A DNA stretch of 64,000 nt from an uncultured Nitrososphaerota archaeon (GCA_963799845.1 CAWCYI010000004.1:736001-800000), one strand, 5' to 3'. Numbered from the stretch's first letter, positions 1-10,565 are shown. Numbers and translations: made by a program. The notes: generated by a model not told the origin, from the sequence alone.

Positions 1-1666
1 TTTTGACGTTAAAGGAATAACTTCCATAGGAACTTAACCATGTATTTGCAGTAACTACTTCGATGTTCACATTTATGCCCAGGTTGGCCAGATCGGCCTG
101 CACTACTTGAGCTACATTGGTGCAGAAGGCACACGCCGTTTCCGTGTAAAACGTAAGGGTGGGGAAGTTGGCTGTATTTATTCCAGCGTTCTTCAGTATG
201 CTTTGTGCTTGAGTGAGATTGTACTGGTAGGGGGTGTAATTACCAAGATCGTAAAAGTTTGACCAGGCTGGATACTCTGGGCCCATCGTAGGTGTCACTT
301 CTCCAAAGAACGCCTTATCGGCTACGTCGGTGTAATTTATCGCATGGACGATGGCCTGGCGTACCGCTGTAATGTTAGTAGGGTACTCGTTCGTGTTGAG
401 CGTGACGTCAACACTGAGTCCGGCCCAAGGAGGAAGAACCTCGTACGAATACTTGCTCGGATTTGCGAGAATTAGATTCCAGTCCTCCGATGAAATTGCT
501 GCTATCTGCGCCACACCTGTTGAGAGATCAGTGTATCTTGCGAGGTCATCTGCTTTGTAATATATGATTACTTTGTTGACGTGACCTTGGTCCAGAATTG
601 GATTGGCAGCTATCTGAGCGGCGGTGAGACTCTTACCCCAGTAGTTCGGATTCTGCTGAAAGGTCATATACGAATTAACGGACACCCCAGTTATTGTGTA
701 GGGCCCTGTCCCAGGAACAGGATTCGTATCAAAGTACGTGTTGAGGGAGGCAGGTGCGCCAAATCCGCCGTGATCGAGCACGAACTGAGTGTCGAATGTC
801 AATCCCACATATGAGACGAGCGTTCCGAGGAACCAGAGGAAGGGCGCCTGTAGGTGGAAGACTATCTGATAGGGACTGGTCACGTAGATCGGCCATGAGC
901 TGTTCTCCATCACGCTCAACAGCTGGCTACTGGGATTCACCACTCCTCCGCTCTGATTCATTAGGGCAAGAGTGCTGGGGCCAAAGTTCACTCCGGTCAT
1001 GTTAAAGACAGGATAGGATTGCCACCATCCTGAGCTATTGGCCGACAAGTAGTACAAACCGTACAGCTCTGCCCATTCCTGGTAGGCGTTGAATAGATCT
1101 CCGTTTGAAAAGTTGACACCCTGCCTCAGGTTGAGGGTGTAGGTCCTTGCATCGGGTGAAATTGTCCAGTTGGCCGCGAGACCAGGCAGGTACTCTACAT
1201 TTCCTTGGTTGTATAGAGCCGAAAGATTCGCCCCAACGAGTGGCTGGTACACGGAAAACGCATACCAATCGGGCCAAGGAACCTCCTGCACGAAATAAAG
1301 TACATTCGCGCCACCAGGCGAGGGATAGTTGAAATCGTCCATCACGAGTGTTTGGGGAGCGGCGGCGGTGGATGTGGACGATGAAGAAGTGGAAGAACTG
1401 GAAGAGCTGGAAGAGGTAGAAATGGTGGAAGATGAACTAGAAACTCCGGATGAAGAAGTCGAGGGTACACTTGAGCTTGATGATTGAGTACTAGGCGCGG
1501 TTGTAAGAGACGAACTTGTTGACGATGATGTAGTAGTAGTGGAAGTACTGTGGTTACTAACCGCATAAAAGCCGCCCACCGCAATAATTATGATGATAAC
1601 GATAACAATGCCAATCATAGCACTTCTGCTGAGAGCATGTTTCAACCTAGACTTTCGAGATAGCAC
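1..1666 (-). CDS. ABC transporter substrate-binding protein, family 5 (peptide/sugar); runs off the left edge
   Basis: Not in ORF track (no stop in window). Manual translation from GTG 1666: RLKHA|LSRSAMIGIVIVIIIIAVGGF (class III-like signal/TM), long Ser/Thr linker, then PGLAANWTISPDARTYTLNLRQGVNFSNG, GTGPY and VRQAIVHAINY motifs of SBP family 5. Confidence 0.9.
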   Translation of the reverse strand, partial: MLSRKSRLKHALSRSAMIGIVIVIIIIIAVGGFYAVSNHSTSTTTTSSSTSSSLTTAPSTQSSSSSVPSTSSSGVSSSSSTISTSSSSSSSSTSSSSTSTAAAPQTLVMDDFNYPSPGGANVLYFVQEVPWPDWYAFSVYQPLVGANLSALYNQGNVEYLPGLAANWTISPDARTYTLNLRQGVNFSNGDLFNAYQEWAELYGLYYLSANSSGWWQSYPVFNMTGVNFGPSTLALMNQSGGVVNPSSQLLSVMENSSWPIYVTSPYQIVFHLQAPFLWFLGTLVSYVGLTFDTQFVLDHGGFGAPASLNTYFDTNPVPGTGPYTITGVSVNSYMTFQQNPNYWGKSLTAAQIAANPILDQGHVNKVIIYYKADDLARYTDLSTGVAQIAAISSEDWNLILANPSKYSYEVLPPWAGLSVDVTLNTNEYPTNITAVRQAIVHAINYTDVADKAFFGEVTPTMGPEYPAWSNFYDLGNYTPYQYNLTQAQSILKNAGINTANFPTLTFYTETACAFCTNVAQVVQADLANLGINVNIEVVTANTWLSSYGSYSFNVK

Positions 1667-2197
1667 AAATCGGGGTTTCGTCACTTAACTCCTTAATAAC
1701 TTTGTTACCAATTTTCATCTCGTATTGGCCGTCAACGTTTTTTACTGAAATCACCTTTTGCCCCGCGGATGCGAGAAAATTGAATCAGCTCGAAACACCA
1801 AGTGACACACTCAGTCAATTAGGTGTGAATAAAATAGTGAATGCTTACGGTCCTGCAACGATCCTCGGAGGATCGACTCTTGACCCTCGAATAACGAAGG
1901 TGATGGGAGAAGTAGCTCGAAGCTTTGTTGACATGGACGAACTATTGGACAAGGTGGATTCCAAGATCGCGAGTATCCTTGAAGTTGAAGCCGCTCATGT
2001 TACATCAGGAGCGGCTGCCGGACTTGCACTTTCCGCTGCTGCCTGTATGACGGGCTCAGACCAATCCAAGATAGAAAAGCTCCCGGACACGGCCGATTTT
2101 GAACGAAATGAGGTAGTGGTTCAGGCAGGTCACAGGAATACTTACGATAGGTGCCTACGAGTCTCCGGTGCTAGATTAGTTATGGCCGGGATACCTT

Positions 2198-3287
2198 TAG
2201 GAGTTACGCGGTTGACCCAAGAAGATAGATTGGGTGTGCAATGTCAGCTCCTTATCGCATCTCTGACGATTCTCGCCTTCGCTTCGTACCAGCTTATCCC
2301 GGTCATCAATCTGCACAATTCTAGACGTATGAACGCCCTTATTGACATGTGGATGTGATTCAGAATGGATGTCGCCTTCCTGACCTGAGCCCTCTCAATG
2401 CCACAACACTGCTTGACTCCTCTGTGGTACTCCTCGATTCCCCATCCTTGGTCAGAGAGTTCATCTCTCTTTTCCTCATTCATCCCAACGTCATCGGTAG
2501 CCCAGTGTTCAATGTCTCCTTTCTTGGAGGCTGTCCTGAACACCCTGACCATTCCGAATCCCATGAGATGAACCGTGGTTCCCTCAGGCGGGATCTCCAC
2601 GTCCTTGATTGGTTTGTTTCCTTTTTTTCTGCCCGTTGGATTGACGAGCCTGTTCTCCTTGAGGCGGCAGAAGAAATGCCACCCGAGCTCCCTTGCGATG
2701 AGCTTCAGATTTTCCATGCTCGAGTACCAGCTGTCAAAGAGGACGTATTTTGGTTCCATCCCTCTCTGCTTTGCAACCAACAACATGTCCTGGAAGTGAT
2801 CGTTCTTGGTGAGACCGTCTTTTGACGCATTGTAGAGTCTAAAGTCACATGGAATGAGGGCGTTACCATCGCTCCATAGTGTTGTGATGAGATTTATCCC
2901 CTTCACCACACTGTGGTGTTTTCCGCTCCAGTGGTACGTGACGTAATCCATCTTCTCCGCGTACGGTTTGTCCAGAGTTGAATCATCGACTATCAGTACT
3001 CCTCCCGCAGTAACGGCGATGATCCTCTTCGCCTCATCCCAGAGCGCTTCTGTATCCGCAGGCAGTCTCTCCAGAAGGCGGGTGAAGCTATCGTGTGCTG
3101 GCGGCGTGACTCCTGCATCATCATCAGGCTGACATCTAGCAGCTTCGGTGCAAGCGAATGATTTCTGGGATGCTATCAGGAAGTCTATGTAGTCATTGTC
3201 ATCGCATTTTGGAGGGTTCATGCAGCGTCTGATGAACCAGAGAAACAATCCTGGCCAAATTCTTTTCGGCCAAATGCGTAACTCCTA
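2198..3287 (-). mobile_element. IS701-family insertion sequence
   Basis: Perfect terminal IR TAGGAGTTACGC (2198-2209) / GCGTAACTCCTA (3276-3287); 5-bp TSD ACCTT at 2193-2197 and 3288-3292. Confidence 0.92.
2244..3221 (-). CDS. IS701-family DDE transposase
   Basis: MNPPKC..YIDFLIA..CTEAAR..PAHDSFTRLL N-terminus; LIVDDSTLDK, VLFDSWYSS, WGIEEYHRGVKQ catalytic motifs. Confidence 0.9.
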   Translation of the reverse strand: MNPPKCDDNDYIDFLIASQKSFACTEAARCQPDDDAGVTPPAHDSFTRLLERLPADTEALWDEAKRIIAVTAGGVLIVDDSTLDKPYAEKMDYVTYHWSGKHHSVVKGINLITTLWSDGNALIPCDFRLYNASKDGLTKNDHFQDMLLVAKQRGMEPKYVLFDSWYSSMENLKLIARELGWHFFCRLKENRLVNPTGRKKGNKPIKDVEIPPEGTTVHLMGFGMVRVFRTASKKGDIEHWATDDVGMNEEKRDELSDQGWGIEEYHRGVKQCCGIERAQVRKATSILNHIHMSIRAFIRLELCRLMTGISWYEAKARIVRDAIRS

Positions 3288-4243
3288 ACCTTATCTCACA
3301 TACCCATGGCAGTTAGTAGCTGCGATTTCCAAAAAAACGGCAGCAATCGCTCATTTTACTCTTGGAACCGCGAGGCCAGGGGTCCTCGCACTGGAAGAGG
3401 TGCGTAGGATTGCTGACGAATTTTCACTGCCGATTATCGTTGATGGCTGCAATGCGGTTCTCCCAAATTTGAAAAACATTCCAAAGTATTTCGATCGCGG
3501 AGCTGACCTTCTTGTGTTAAGTGGAGGAAAAACTGTTCAGGGCCCTAACGATACGGGAATCGTTTGTGGAAGGAAAGACCTGGTAGAAGCCGCCAGGGCT
3601 AATCAGCTATCCGCACATGAACGGGATCGGCAGAACGATGAAGGTGAGCAAGGAGCAGATAGTCGGAATCTTGACTGCTCTTGAGATTTACTCGACCATT
3701 GACCCCTACGAGCGGTACAGTAGCTGGATCAAAAAATTGAATGTTATTCACGATGAATTGGTGGATCTTCCGAACATCAAGGTCAGGAGAGTCCCCAATC
3801 AACCCGACATGAGCACCGTGCCAGTCATCGAAATCCAGCTAGACGAAAAAGCGATCGGAGCCACGGCTCGCGAGATAGTAGGAGCTCTGAAGGCGTACGA
3901 CCCTCCAATCGTACTCGACATCGATTACTGGAAGAACTTCACGACACAGACGATTTTCGTGAATCCAATCTGTATGCAGAAATCTGATGAGATAATCGTT
4001 GCTACCGCCCTAAAGTCAGTCTTTTCGGACAAGGCCGTCCTGGCAGAACTGCAATCAAAGAAATACCGAACAAGGGCCTGTGCGTATCCCTGATTGAGCG
4101 CTGCTTCGGTAACAAGGGAATAATAATCGGGCAAAGTCTAGCAGCGGTCAAATCTCTGCACCTTCCCGTGAGCACGGCGAAGGCTTCCTGTCTAAGAGCA
4201 AAGCTAAATGAATACGCCCCCGAGACTTTTCCGGTAGTCTAAC

Positions 4244-5221
4244 ATGTTCGATGTAGTCGCACTCGGCGAGTCTCTAGTCCAGTTTAACCCTTTAGAAACG
4301 GGGCCGCTCAAGCACGTCTCTCTGTTCGAGAAGCATGCTGCCGGCGCAGAATCAAACGTGATAATCGGAATTTCGCGCCTCGGCTTTAAGACGGCTTACA
4401 TCACAAAGTTGGGAAAAGACGAGTTCAGCAAGTTCATCCTAGCGACCCTGAAGGGCGAGGGGGTCGATGTTTCCGGAGTCAGGCAGATGGACGGAAAAAA
4501 CTGCGGAATTTTTTTCGTGCAGCGCGGTTATCCGATCCCCGGGAAAAGCGATGTGATCTATTTCAGATCGGATTCGGCGGCAAAATATCTTTCGCCCGGA
4601 GACCTTGACGCAAAAATGATCTCGGGTAGCCGGATTCTCCACATCACTGGAATCACGCCGGCCCTTTCGGAATCGTGTCGAGAGACGATTTTTGAAGCAG
4701 TGCGCATCGCAAAGGGAGGCAACGTTCAGGTGTCCTTCGACACTAACTACCGTAGAAAACTGTGGTCAGAATCAGAGGCGAGACCGACTCTGATCGAGCT
4801 TGCGAGAAGTTGCGACATACTGCTGACTGATCCTGATGATGCGAGAATCATAATGGGAAAGAAACTCGACGACGATCCTATTACGGCGCTTGATGAGCTT
4901 CTTTCTCTGGGGCCTTCGACAATAGTTTACAAGCTCGGAGCTTCGGAGGGCCTTGCCGCAATCTCTAACGGAGAAAAAGCAACCAGTCTTCCGATAAAGG
5001 TGCCGCTGGTCGACTCGATCGGTGCAGGGGATGCAGTAGTCGCGGGTTTTTTGGCCGGGTACTTGGCGGGAGATTCGCTCCAGCGTAGCCTGGACATTGC
5101 GTCCTGTTGCTCGGCTCTAACAGTGATGAGGCGCGGTGATTTCGAAAACCTGCCTGATCTTGCGGATCTTGAAAAGTGGCTCAAAGCAAAGGAGCAAGGC
5201 TTCGAAGTGGACTTTAGATGA
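4244..5221 (+). CDS. kdgK: PfkB-family sugar kinase, 2-keto-3-deoxygluconate kinase-like
   Basis: GAESNV, FDTNYRRKLW, DSIGAGD PfkB signatures; sugar-acid context. Confidence 0.75.
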   Translation: MFDVVALGESLVQFNPLETGPLKHVSLFEKHAAGAESNVIIGISRLGFKTAYITKLGKDEFSKFILATLKGEGVDVSGVRQMDGKNCGIFFVQRGYPIPGKSDVIYFRSDSAAKYLSPGDLDAKMISGSRILHITGITPALSESCRETIFEAVRIAKGGNVQVSFDTNYRRKLWSESEARPTLIELARSCDILLTDPDDARIIMGKKLDDDPITALDELLSLGPSTIVYKLGASEGLAAISNGEKATSLPIKVPLVDSIGAGDAVVAGFLAGYLAGDSLQRSLDIASCCSALTVMRRGDFENLPDLADLEKWLKAKEQGFEVDFR

Positions 5222-7228
5222 TTACAGCCTTCTCGCGATAGAATAACCCGCCTCTATCGCGCCGCCTATCCGACCGCCTGCCACGTTGCAGTCGCCAATT
5301 TCGTAAACCTCGCTGACGGATTTCTTGAAAAGATCTTTGAGACCACTCGTCTGAATTCGCCCCGTGTTCAATACGACGTAATCCGCCTCGATATCTTGCT
5401 CCTCGCTAGATGGAATATTATAGATGACAACTTTCGTTTCGTTTATTCTCCTGATCCAGCTGAAAGGTATTATCTTCACTCTGACAGCCTGGAGCCTGCG
5501 GGTGACGTGAACGAGCTGATTGTAGAAAGAAAGTTCCGGCGAAATATGTGGATGTGGAGTGACAAGAGTTACCTGTTCAGCTCCCTTTCTAACCAACCAC
5601 TCGCTGACACCCGGGCCCTCGATGTAGGTCGTACTGTCCGCAACGATAATTTTTCCGCTCAATTTCTCACCGGAAAGGAGGAGGTGGTCAATCGTCCTGA
5701 CGTTAGGCGAATCCCATCCTGGCACCGGCGCGAACGTAATCATTTGAATGCCATTATCGATGGGAACCGAACCAGTTGCGATGATGACACGGTCGGGCTG
5801 TTCTTCGTCAACTACAAACTGTACTACGGATGGGTCTACGGGAATTTCTTTGTGAAATTCTATCCTCACTTCATTGTTTTGCAGCTGGGTCGAATACCAC
5901 GTCACAATCGAGCCAATGTCCGCGCGTCCAGGGAGCATCTTTGCCCAGTTTGCCTGACCGCCAATTTCCCCGGATTTTTCGTAGATGGTGACTTTGTGTC
6001 CCCTCTCCGATGCAATTCTCGCAGCTTCTAATCCGGCGGGGCCTGCCCCGATAATCAAGATTTTCTTCGACACCTCAGCTCGTCCGAGTTTTCCAATCCC
6101 TCTGGACGTTTCCCTTCCAGCAGCTGGATTCACGGTGCAGTGCATCGGCCACTCACGCGATACTGATCTCCCCCAGCAATCTTGCAAAGTACCGATACAT
6201 GGGCGAATCTCGGTGAGCAGGCCTTCTCTCGCCTTGTTAGGCAGGTGCGGATCTGCGATCAGGGCTCTGGTCATTCCGACAAAGTCAGCCTGATTTTTCT
6301 CGAGGATTGATTCACCTAGAACGGGATCTGTGATCCTCCCTGCTATGCCGATGCGAGTTTTTGAAACTGCTCTCTTGATTGGCTCGGACATGTATGTCCC
6401 GTAACCTGTCTCGATGTAGAGCGGTTGGGTCTGAAGAGCATGCTGGTTCACAGCCTCGAACTGGGAAACCGAGCCGCTGTCCACGTTTATGAAATCGAGC
6501 TTGGCGTCGAGAAACTTTGCCATCTCCACCGCATATTCGGGATTGACTCCGCCATCATATTTTTCATCAGCGCAGAGACGCATTCCCAGAGCGATTGAAT
6601 CACCGACCACAGCCTTCAGGATGCCTATAAGTTCGTCAAGAAACCTCATCCTGTTTTCAAACGAGCCGCCGTACTTGTCTGATCGTCGGTTGATGATTGG
6701 GGAGTAAAAGTGCTCAATTAGGGCGCCGTGCGTTCCGTGAAGATCGATCCCGTCAAACCTGCTTTCCTTGATCAGCCTCGCGCCGTCGGCAAAGTCTTCC
6801 TGGATCTGCGTGATTGCCGATTGAGTGAGTTCGTTCAGTGTAAGCCCCGACTCAAATGGGACGGCCGAGACCGGTCCGTAGAGGTGCGTCCATGCCGAAA
6901 GTTCCATGAAAATCTTCGAGTCGTATTCGTGAACCGCATCTGCAAGTCTGGACAGTCCGGGCACTATCTCCGGATTGGTGACAAGCGGAAATCTCCTCGC
7001 GCTGTCTGTCTCCCAGTTTGGAAAGACCGCTCCGTCAGATGGTTTGATGAAAAGCTGTGAGACCTCAAGGAGGCCGACTCCGCCCTTTGCCCTCTCAGTG
7101 TAGTAATCAACCATCGCGTCGGTAGGGAGGCCGTCCCGCAGGTACTGCTGCTCGTGCGGAGTGATTTGGATTCGATTTTTTATCTGGATGGGTCCGATGT
7201 CCAGAGGAGAAAATAGCCTATCGAACAA
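5222..7228 (-). CDS. FMN/FAD NADH:flavin oxidoreductase (OYE TIM barrel plus FAD domain, FadH/TMADH-like)
   Basis: ERAKGGVGL, DGIDLHGTHG, NRRSDKYGGSFENR, RALIADP, IIGAGPAGLEAA. Confidence 0.9.
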   Translation of the reverse strand: MFDRLFSPLDIGPIQIKNRIQITPHEQQYLRDGLPTDAMVDYYTERAKGGVGLLEVSQLFIKPSDGAVFPNWETDSARRFPLVTNPEIVPGLSRLADAVHEYDSKIFMELSAWTHLYGPVSAVPFESGLTLNELTQSAITQIQEDFADGARLIKESRFDGIDLHGTHGALIEHFYSPIINRRSDKYGGSFENRMRFLDELIGILKAVVGDSIALGMRLCADEKYDGGVNPEYAVEMAKFLDAKLDFINVDSGSVSQFEAVNQHALQTQPLYIETGYGTYMSEPIKRAVSKTRIGIAGRITDPVLGESILEKNQADFVGMTRALIADPHLPNKAREGLLTEIRPCIGTLQDCWGRSVSREWPMHCTVNPAAGRETSRGIGKLGRAEVSKKILIIGAGPAGLEAARIASERGHKVTIYEKSGEIGGQANWAKMLPGRADIGSIVTWYSTQLQNNEVRIEFHKEIPVDPSVVQFVVDEEQPDRVIIATGSVPIDNGIQMITFAPVPGWDSPNVRTIDHLLLSGEKLSGKIIVADSTTYIEGPGVSEWLVRKGAEQVTLVTPHPHISPELSFYNQLVHVTRRLQAVRVKIIPFSWIRRINETKVVIYNIPSSEEQDIEADYVVLNTGRIQTSGLKDLFKKSVSEVYEIGDCNVAGGRIGGAIEAGYSIARRL

Positions 7229-7261
7229 TTCCTGTCAGCTCCTTATCCGAGTAAATTGAAG

Positions 7262-8200
7262 TTAGTGGAAGCTCGTCGTTACCTTCGGCAGAATATTCAG
7301 GTCTGCAAGTATTGTCTTCAGTCGTTCTCGCTGTTCGCTAGTCAACGGCAGGAGTGGTGGCCTCACAGTTCCTCCAGCCATCCCAAGCAGGTTCATCGTC
7401 TCTTTTGTCTGCGCGATCTGGATTGGAATTCCCTGGGTGACGGCCTGTAAATCCATGTGACGGAACGGTACTAGAAAGTCAAAGTATATCGATCGCGCCT
7501 TGTTGCTGTCGCCGGATTTGTGCGACTCGATCAGCTGCCCTATCTTCCCGGGAGCAAAGTTAGCCATCGAGCTGGTCGCTCCGATCCCTCCGGCGATCAG
7601 CCCGTAGTACATCAACTCTTCCGCCCCAACTATGATGGGGACTCTTCTGCCGACTACCTTCATCGTCTCGGCGAGCTGAGATAGATCCTTCGTGGCGTCC
7701 TTGATCGCAACGATGTTTCCGACCTTGTCCAGAATCTTCAGCAGAAGCTGAGGGGTAAGATTTGTTCTCGACTGTCCGGGCACGTTGTAAAGCACGATGC
7801 CGATGTCGATGCCGTTGGACACGAGTTCGAGGAACTTGATAAGACCCTCGTCCCTATCTTTCATGTAATATGTTGGCGGCACAATTAGAACTGCGTCAGC
7901 TCCGGAGTCTTTCGCGTACCGGGCTAGCTCGATCACCTCGACGTGGTTTGTGTGCGACACGCCCACTGTCACGAGTTTTTTTCCGTTTGCGGCATCGACG
8001 ACGATCTTCGTGACCTTCTTTCGCTCTTCTGTTCCGACTGACGAAAATTCTCCTACTGTCCCGAGGGGAACTATGCTCGTTATTCCCTCCGATTCGCTCA
8101 GGAACGTGATGTTGTCGCGAAGACCCGCGTAGTCAATCTCGTACGTTTTCTCCGAGAAGGGAGTGACCGTCGTTACGTGAATTCCGGAAAAGTCTAACAT
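7262..8200 (-). CDS. DHDPS/NAL-family lyase (KDG/KDPG aldolase or keto-deoxy sugar acid dehydratase)
   Basis: GTVGEF, LYNVP, AIKDA (Schiff-base Lys), VRPPLLPL. Confidence 0.85.
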   Translation of the reverse strand: MLDFSGIHVTTVTPFSEKTYEIDYAGLRDNITFLSESEGITSIVPLGTVGEFSSVGTEERKKVTKIVVDAANGKKLVTVGVSHTNHVEVIELARYAKDSGADAVLIVPPTYYMKDRDEGLIKFLELVSNGIDIGIVLYNVPGQSRTNLTPQLLLKILDKVGNIVAIKDATKDLSQLAETMKVVGRRVPIIVGAEELMYYGLIAGGIGATSSMANFAPGKIGQLIESHKSGDSNKARSIYFDFLVPFRHMDLQAVTQGIPIQIAQTKETMNLLGMAGGTVRPPLLPLTSEQRERLKTILADLNILPKVTTSFH

Positions 8201-8213
8201 AAATTGTTCACCG

Positions 8214-10565
8214 CTAACGAGCTGGCTCCGTCATCAGGCTGCGAAGATAGTCGGGGGCGAGCGGCATCGTGTTGATTTTCGCATTAGCCAGTGCATCTTC
8301 GACCGCATTCACTATCGCTGGAACAGAGGCGACAGTCCCATTCTCGCCCACTCCCTTGATGCCTAGCGGGTTAGAACTCGTCGGCGTAAAAGTGGTCGAC
8401 CATCTTATCGGAAACATGTCTCCGGCTTGAGGAATCATGTAATCGAGAAAACTGCCCGTGACCAAGGCGCCGTCCTGATCATAGACTATTCCTTCCAATA
8501 ACGCCTGTCCCGCACCCTGGGCAATACCTCCGTGGACCTGACCTTCAGCAATCATCGGATTCACAATCACTCCGATATCGTCGACGGCGACGTAGTCAAG
8601 TACTTTGATCAGACCCGTATCTCTTTCGACCTCCACGACGGCTACGTGCGTGCCGTAAGGCCACGTCCAGTTCTTCGGAGTGAAAGCACTGTACTCGAAA
8701 AGAGTCGGCTCCATCCCCTCAGGCAGCTTCGTAGCATTGTAGCCCATCGCTGCAACGGCATCAAATTGAAGGGAATTTTTCTCGTTCCCTTTCTGAAAAA
8801 TCTTTCCATTCTGGAACGTTAGAGACTCCGGCACGACGCCTAACTCTTTTGCTGCAATTGCAGCCATCTTCTTCCTGATCTTTTGTGCAGACATCATGAC
8901 GGCTGAACCGCCAAGCGCCGCTGATCTGCTTCCACCCGTTGTCGATCCCCATGCGAGGCGATCAGTATCGCCGTATGTAACGCTGATTCTCTCGATGTCT
9001 ATTCCGAGTTCATCGGCAGCTATCTGGGCTAACGGAGTTTCGTGCCCTTGTCCGTGTGGAGAAGTCCCAGAAACTATTTTGATTTTCCCAGTCTGGGTAA
9101 TGTTGATCGAGGCAGTCTGAGGGTTTCCTGGGCCCCAGGAACTGATCTCAAGGTAGGCGCCGATACCGATTCCAATCAACCGACCATTTTCCTTTGATCT
9201 CTCCTCCCTCTGCTCTCGCCTCCACTTGTAATAGCTTACTATGTCAAGCGCTCTCTTCAGGCTCGTCTCGTAATCGCCAATTTCGTACGGATAACCGGTC
9301 AGAGATTTAAATGATGGATTTGCTCCGCGGAGAAAATTTTTCAGCCTGACTTCCGTCGGATCTAGACCCAGCTCGCTCGACACCCGATCGATTACTCTTT
9401 CGATGAGATAGGTAGCTTCTGGCCTCCCCGCGCCGCGATATGCGTCAAACGGCACTTTGTTCGTGTAGACGCAAAAAAGTTCAGCGTGGAAGTTTCTAAA
9501 GTCGTACTGCGCTGGAATCATGTTCACGGTTACCTCCGGGTCTCCAAAGGTTTCAGGCGACGCAAAAGCGCCAGAGTCAGAGACTATTTTCACCTTCAGC
9601 CCGAGAATCGTTCCGTCATTCTTTACCGCGGCTTCGACAGACTGCTCCTGCCCTCTCCCGTGGAACATAGTAGCAAGATTTTCGCTACGCGTTTCAATCC
9701 ACTTGACCGGTTGCCCTAAATCCATCGAAGCAATGCAAACAAGCACATCTTCGGGATAGAGGTAACATTTTGCGCCGAAAGCGCCGCCGACGTCTGGAGC
9801 GATGACTCGGATCTTGTTCTCATCCACGTGTAGGACCTCTGCTAGAGCGAGCCTTGTATCAAATGGCTGCTGATTACCCATCCACACCGTAAGATAATCC
9901 GTGCCAGGATCATAACTCGCAAGAACGGCCCTCGTCTCCATTGGGCTGGGCGCTACCCGCTGATTGACAATGTCGATCTTGATGATCTTGTCGGCGGCTT
10001 TGAAGGCATCGTCAATATTCCCGGATTGTTTCACGTAATAGTCCCCGACGTTGTCTTTTACGCTCTCGTGAATTAGCGTGCTGCCCGACATCATGGCCTT
10101 TGAAGGTTCGACTAAACTTTCCAGAGGCGAATAATCAATCTCAACTTTTTCTCCCGCGTCCTGTGCTAGGGATCGACTGTCTGCGACTACAAACGAAACG
10201 GCTTCACCTGCGTATCTGACTGTGCCCTTAGCAAGCGGGAATCTCGGGACCGGTTTCTTGTTGTCAGAAGAGTCAGGAATCGGCAGAGTGCTGATCCGGC
10301 CTTGAATTTCCTCGGCGTTGTAGATGTGATGAACACCTGGCGAGGAGATCGCCTGTCGAAGGTTAATCGAGTTAATCTTTGCGTGAGCGTAAGTGCTTCT
10401 CACGACGTAAGCGTGAAGCATTCCTGGCAGTTTGATATCATCAACAAACTTGCTCGCGCCGATAAGAAACCGGAGGTCCTCTTTTCTCTTGAGAGATCTG
10501 CCGACCAGTTTTCTTGTCTCGGTCTCGGTGAGCGTTGTTTGTAGGGTACTCGACATAAGAGGCAC
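8214..10565 (-). CDS. Xanthine dehydrogenase-family molybdopterin large subunit (CoxL form II / aldehyde oxidoreductase-like)
   Basis: VGGAFGAK, AYRGAGRPEA, HGQGHET, GQVHGGIAQGAG, GIKGVGE. Confidence 0.9.
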   Translation of the reverse strand: MPLMSSTLQTTLTETETRKLVGRSLKRKEDLRFLIGASKFVDDIKLPGMLHAYVVRSTYAHAKINSINLRQAISSPGVHHIYNAEEIQGRISTLPIPDSSDNKKPVPRFPLAKGTVRYAGEAVSFVVADSRSLAQDAGEKVEIDYSPLESLVEPSKAMMSGSTLIHESVKDNVGDYYVKQSGNIDDAFKAADKIIKIDIVNQRVAPSPMETRAVLASYDPGTDYLTVWMGNQQPFDTRLALAEVLHVDENKIRVIAPDVGGAFGAKCYLYPEDVLVCIASMDLGQPVKWIETRSENLATMFHGRGQEQSVEAAVKNDGTILGLKVKIVSDSGAFASPETFGDPEVTVNMIPAQYDFRNFHAELFCVYTNKVPFDAYRGAGRPEATYLIERVIDRVSSELGLDPTEVRLKNFLRGANPSFKSLTGYPYEIGDYETSLKRALDIVSYYKWRREQREERSKENGRLIGIGIGAYLEISSWGPGNPQTASINITQTGKIKIVSGTSPHGQGHETPLAQIAADELGIDIERISVTYGDTDRLAWGSTTGGSRSAALGGSAVMMSAQKIRKKMAAIAAKELGVVPESLTFQNGKIFQKGNEKNSLQFDAVAAMGYNATKLPEGMEPTLFEYSAFTPKNWTWPYGTHVAVVEVERDTGLIKVLDYVAVDDIGVIVNPMIAEGQVHGGIAQGAGQALLEGIVYDQDGALVTGSFLDYMIPQAGDMFPIRWSTTFTPTSSNPLGIKGVGENGTVASVPAIVNAVEDALANAKINTMPLAPDYLRSLMTEPAR

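Larger units (their letters stand above)
1780..4093 (+). pseudogene. SelA-like/DgaE-family PLP enzyme (D-glucosaminate(-6-P) ammonia-lyase-like), interrupted by IS701 and a +1 frameshift near 3603
   Basis: Fragments 1702-2197 (VNAYGPATILGGS, VTSGAAAGL), 3293-3600 (IIVDG, LSGGKTVQGP with PLP Lys) and 3617-4093 (GIGRTMKVSKE). Removing the IS and one TSD restores the frame MAGIP-YLTYPWQL. Confidence 0.85.

Noticed and set aside
351-1584. Short ORFs listed in the first 1.6 kb
   Set aside because: Shadows of the long minus-strand SBP gene; the same applies to most antisense ORFs over long genes
1780-4093. Selenocysteine synthase SelA
   Set aside because: Lacks the SelA N-terminal domain, no sel genes nearby, context is sugar-acid catabolism
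8214-10565. Form I aerobic CO dehydrogenase
   Set aside because: Motif is AYRGAGR, not AYXCSFR; no coxMS or accessory genes
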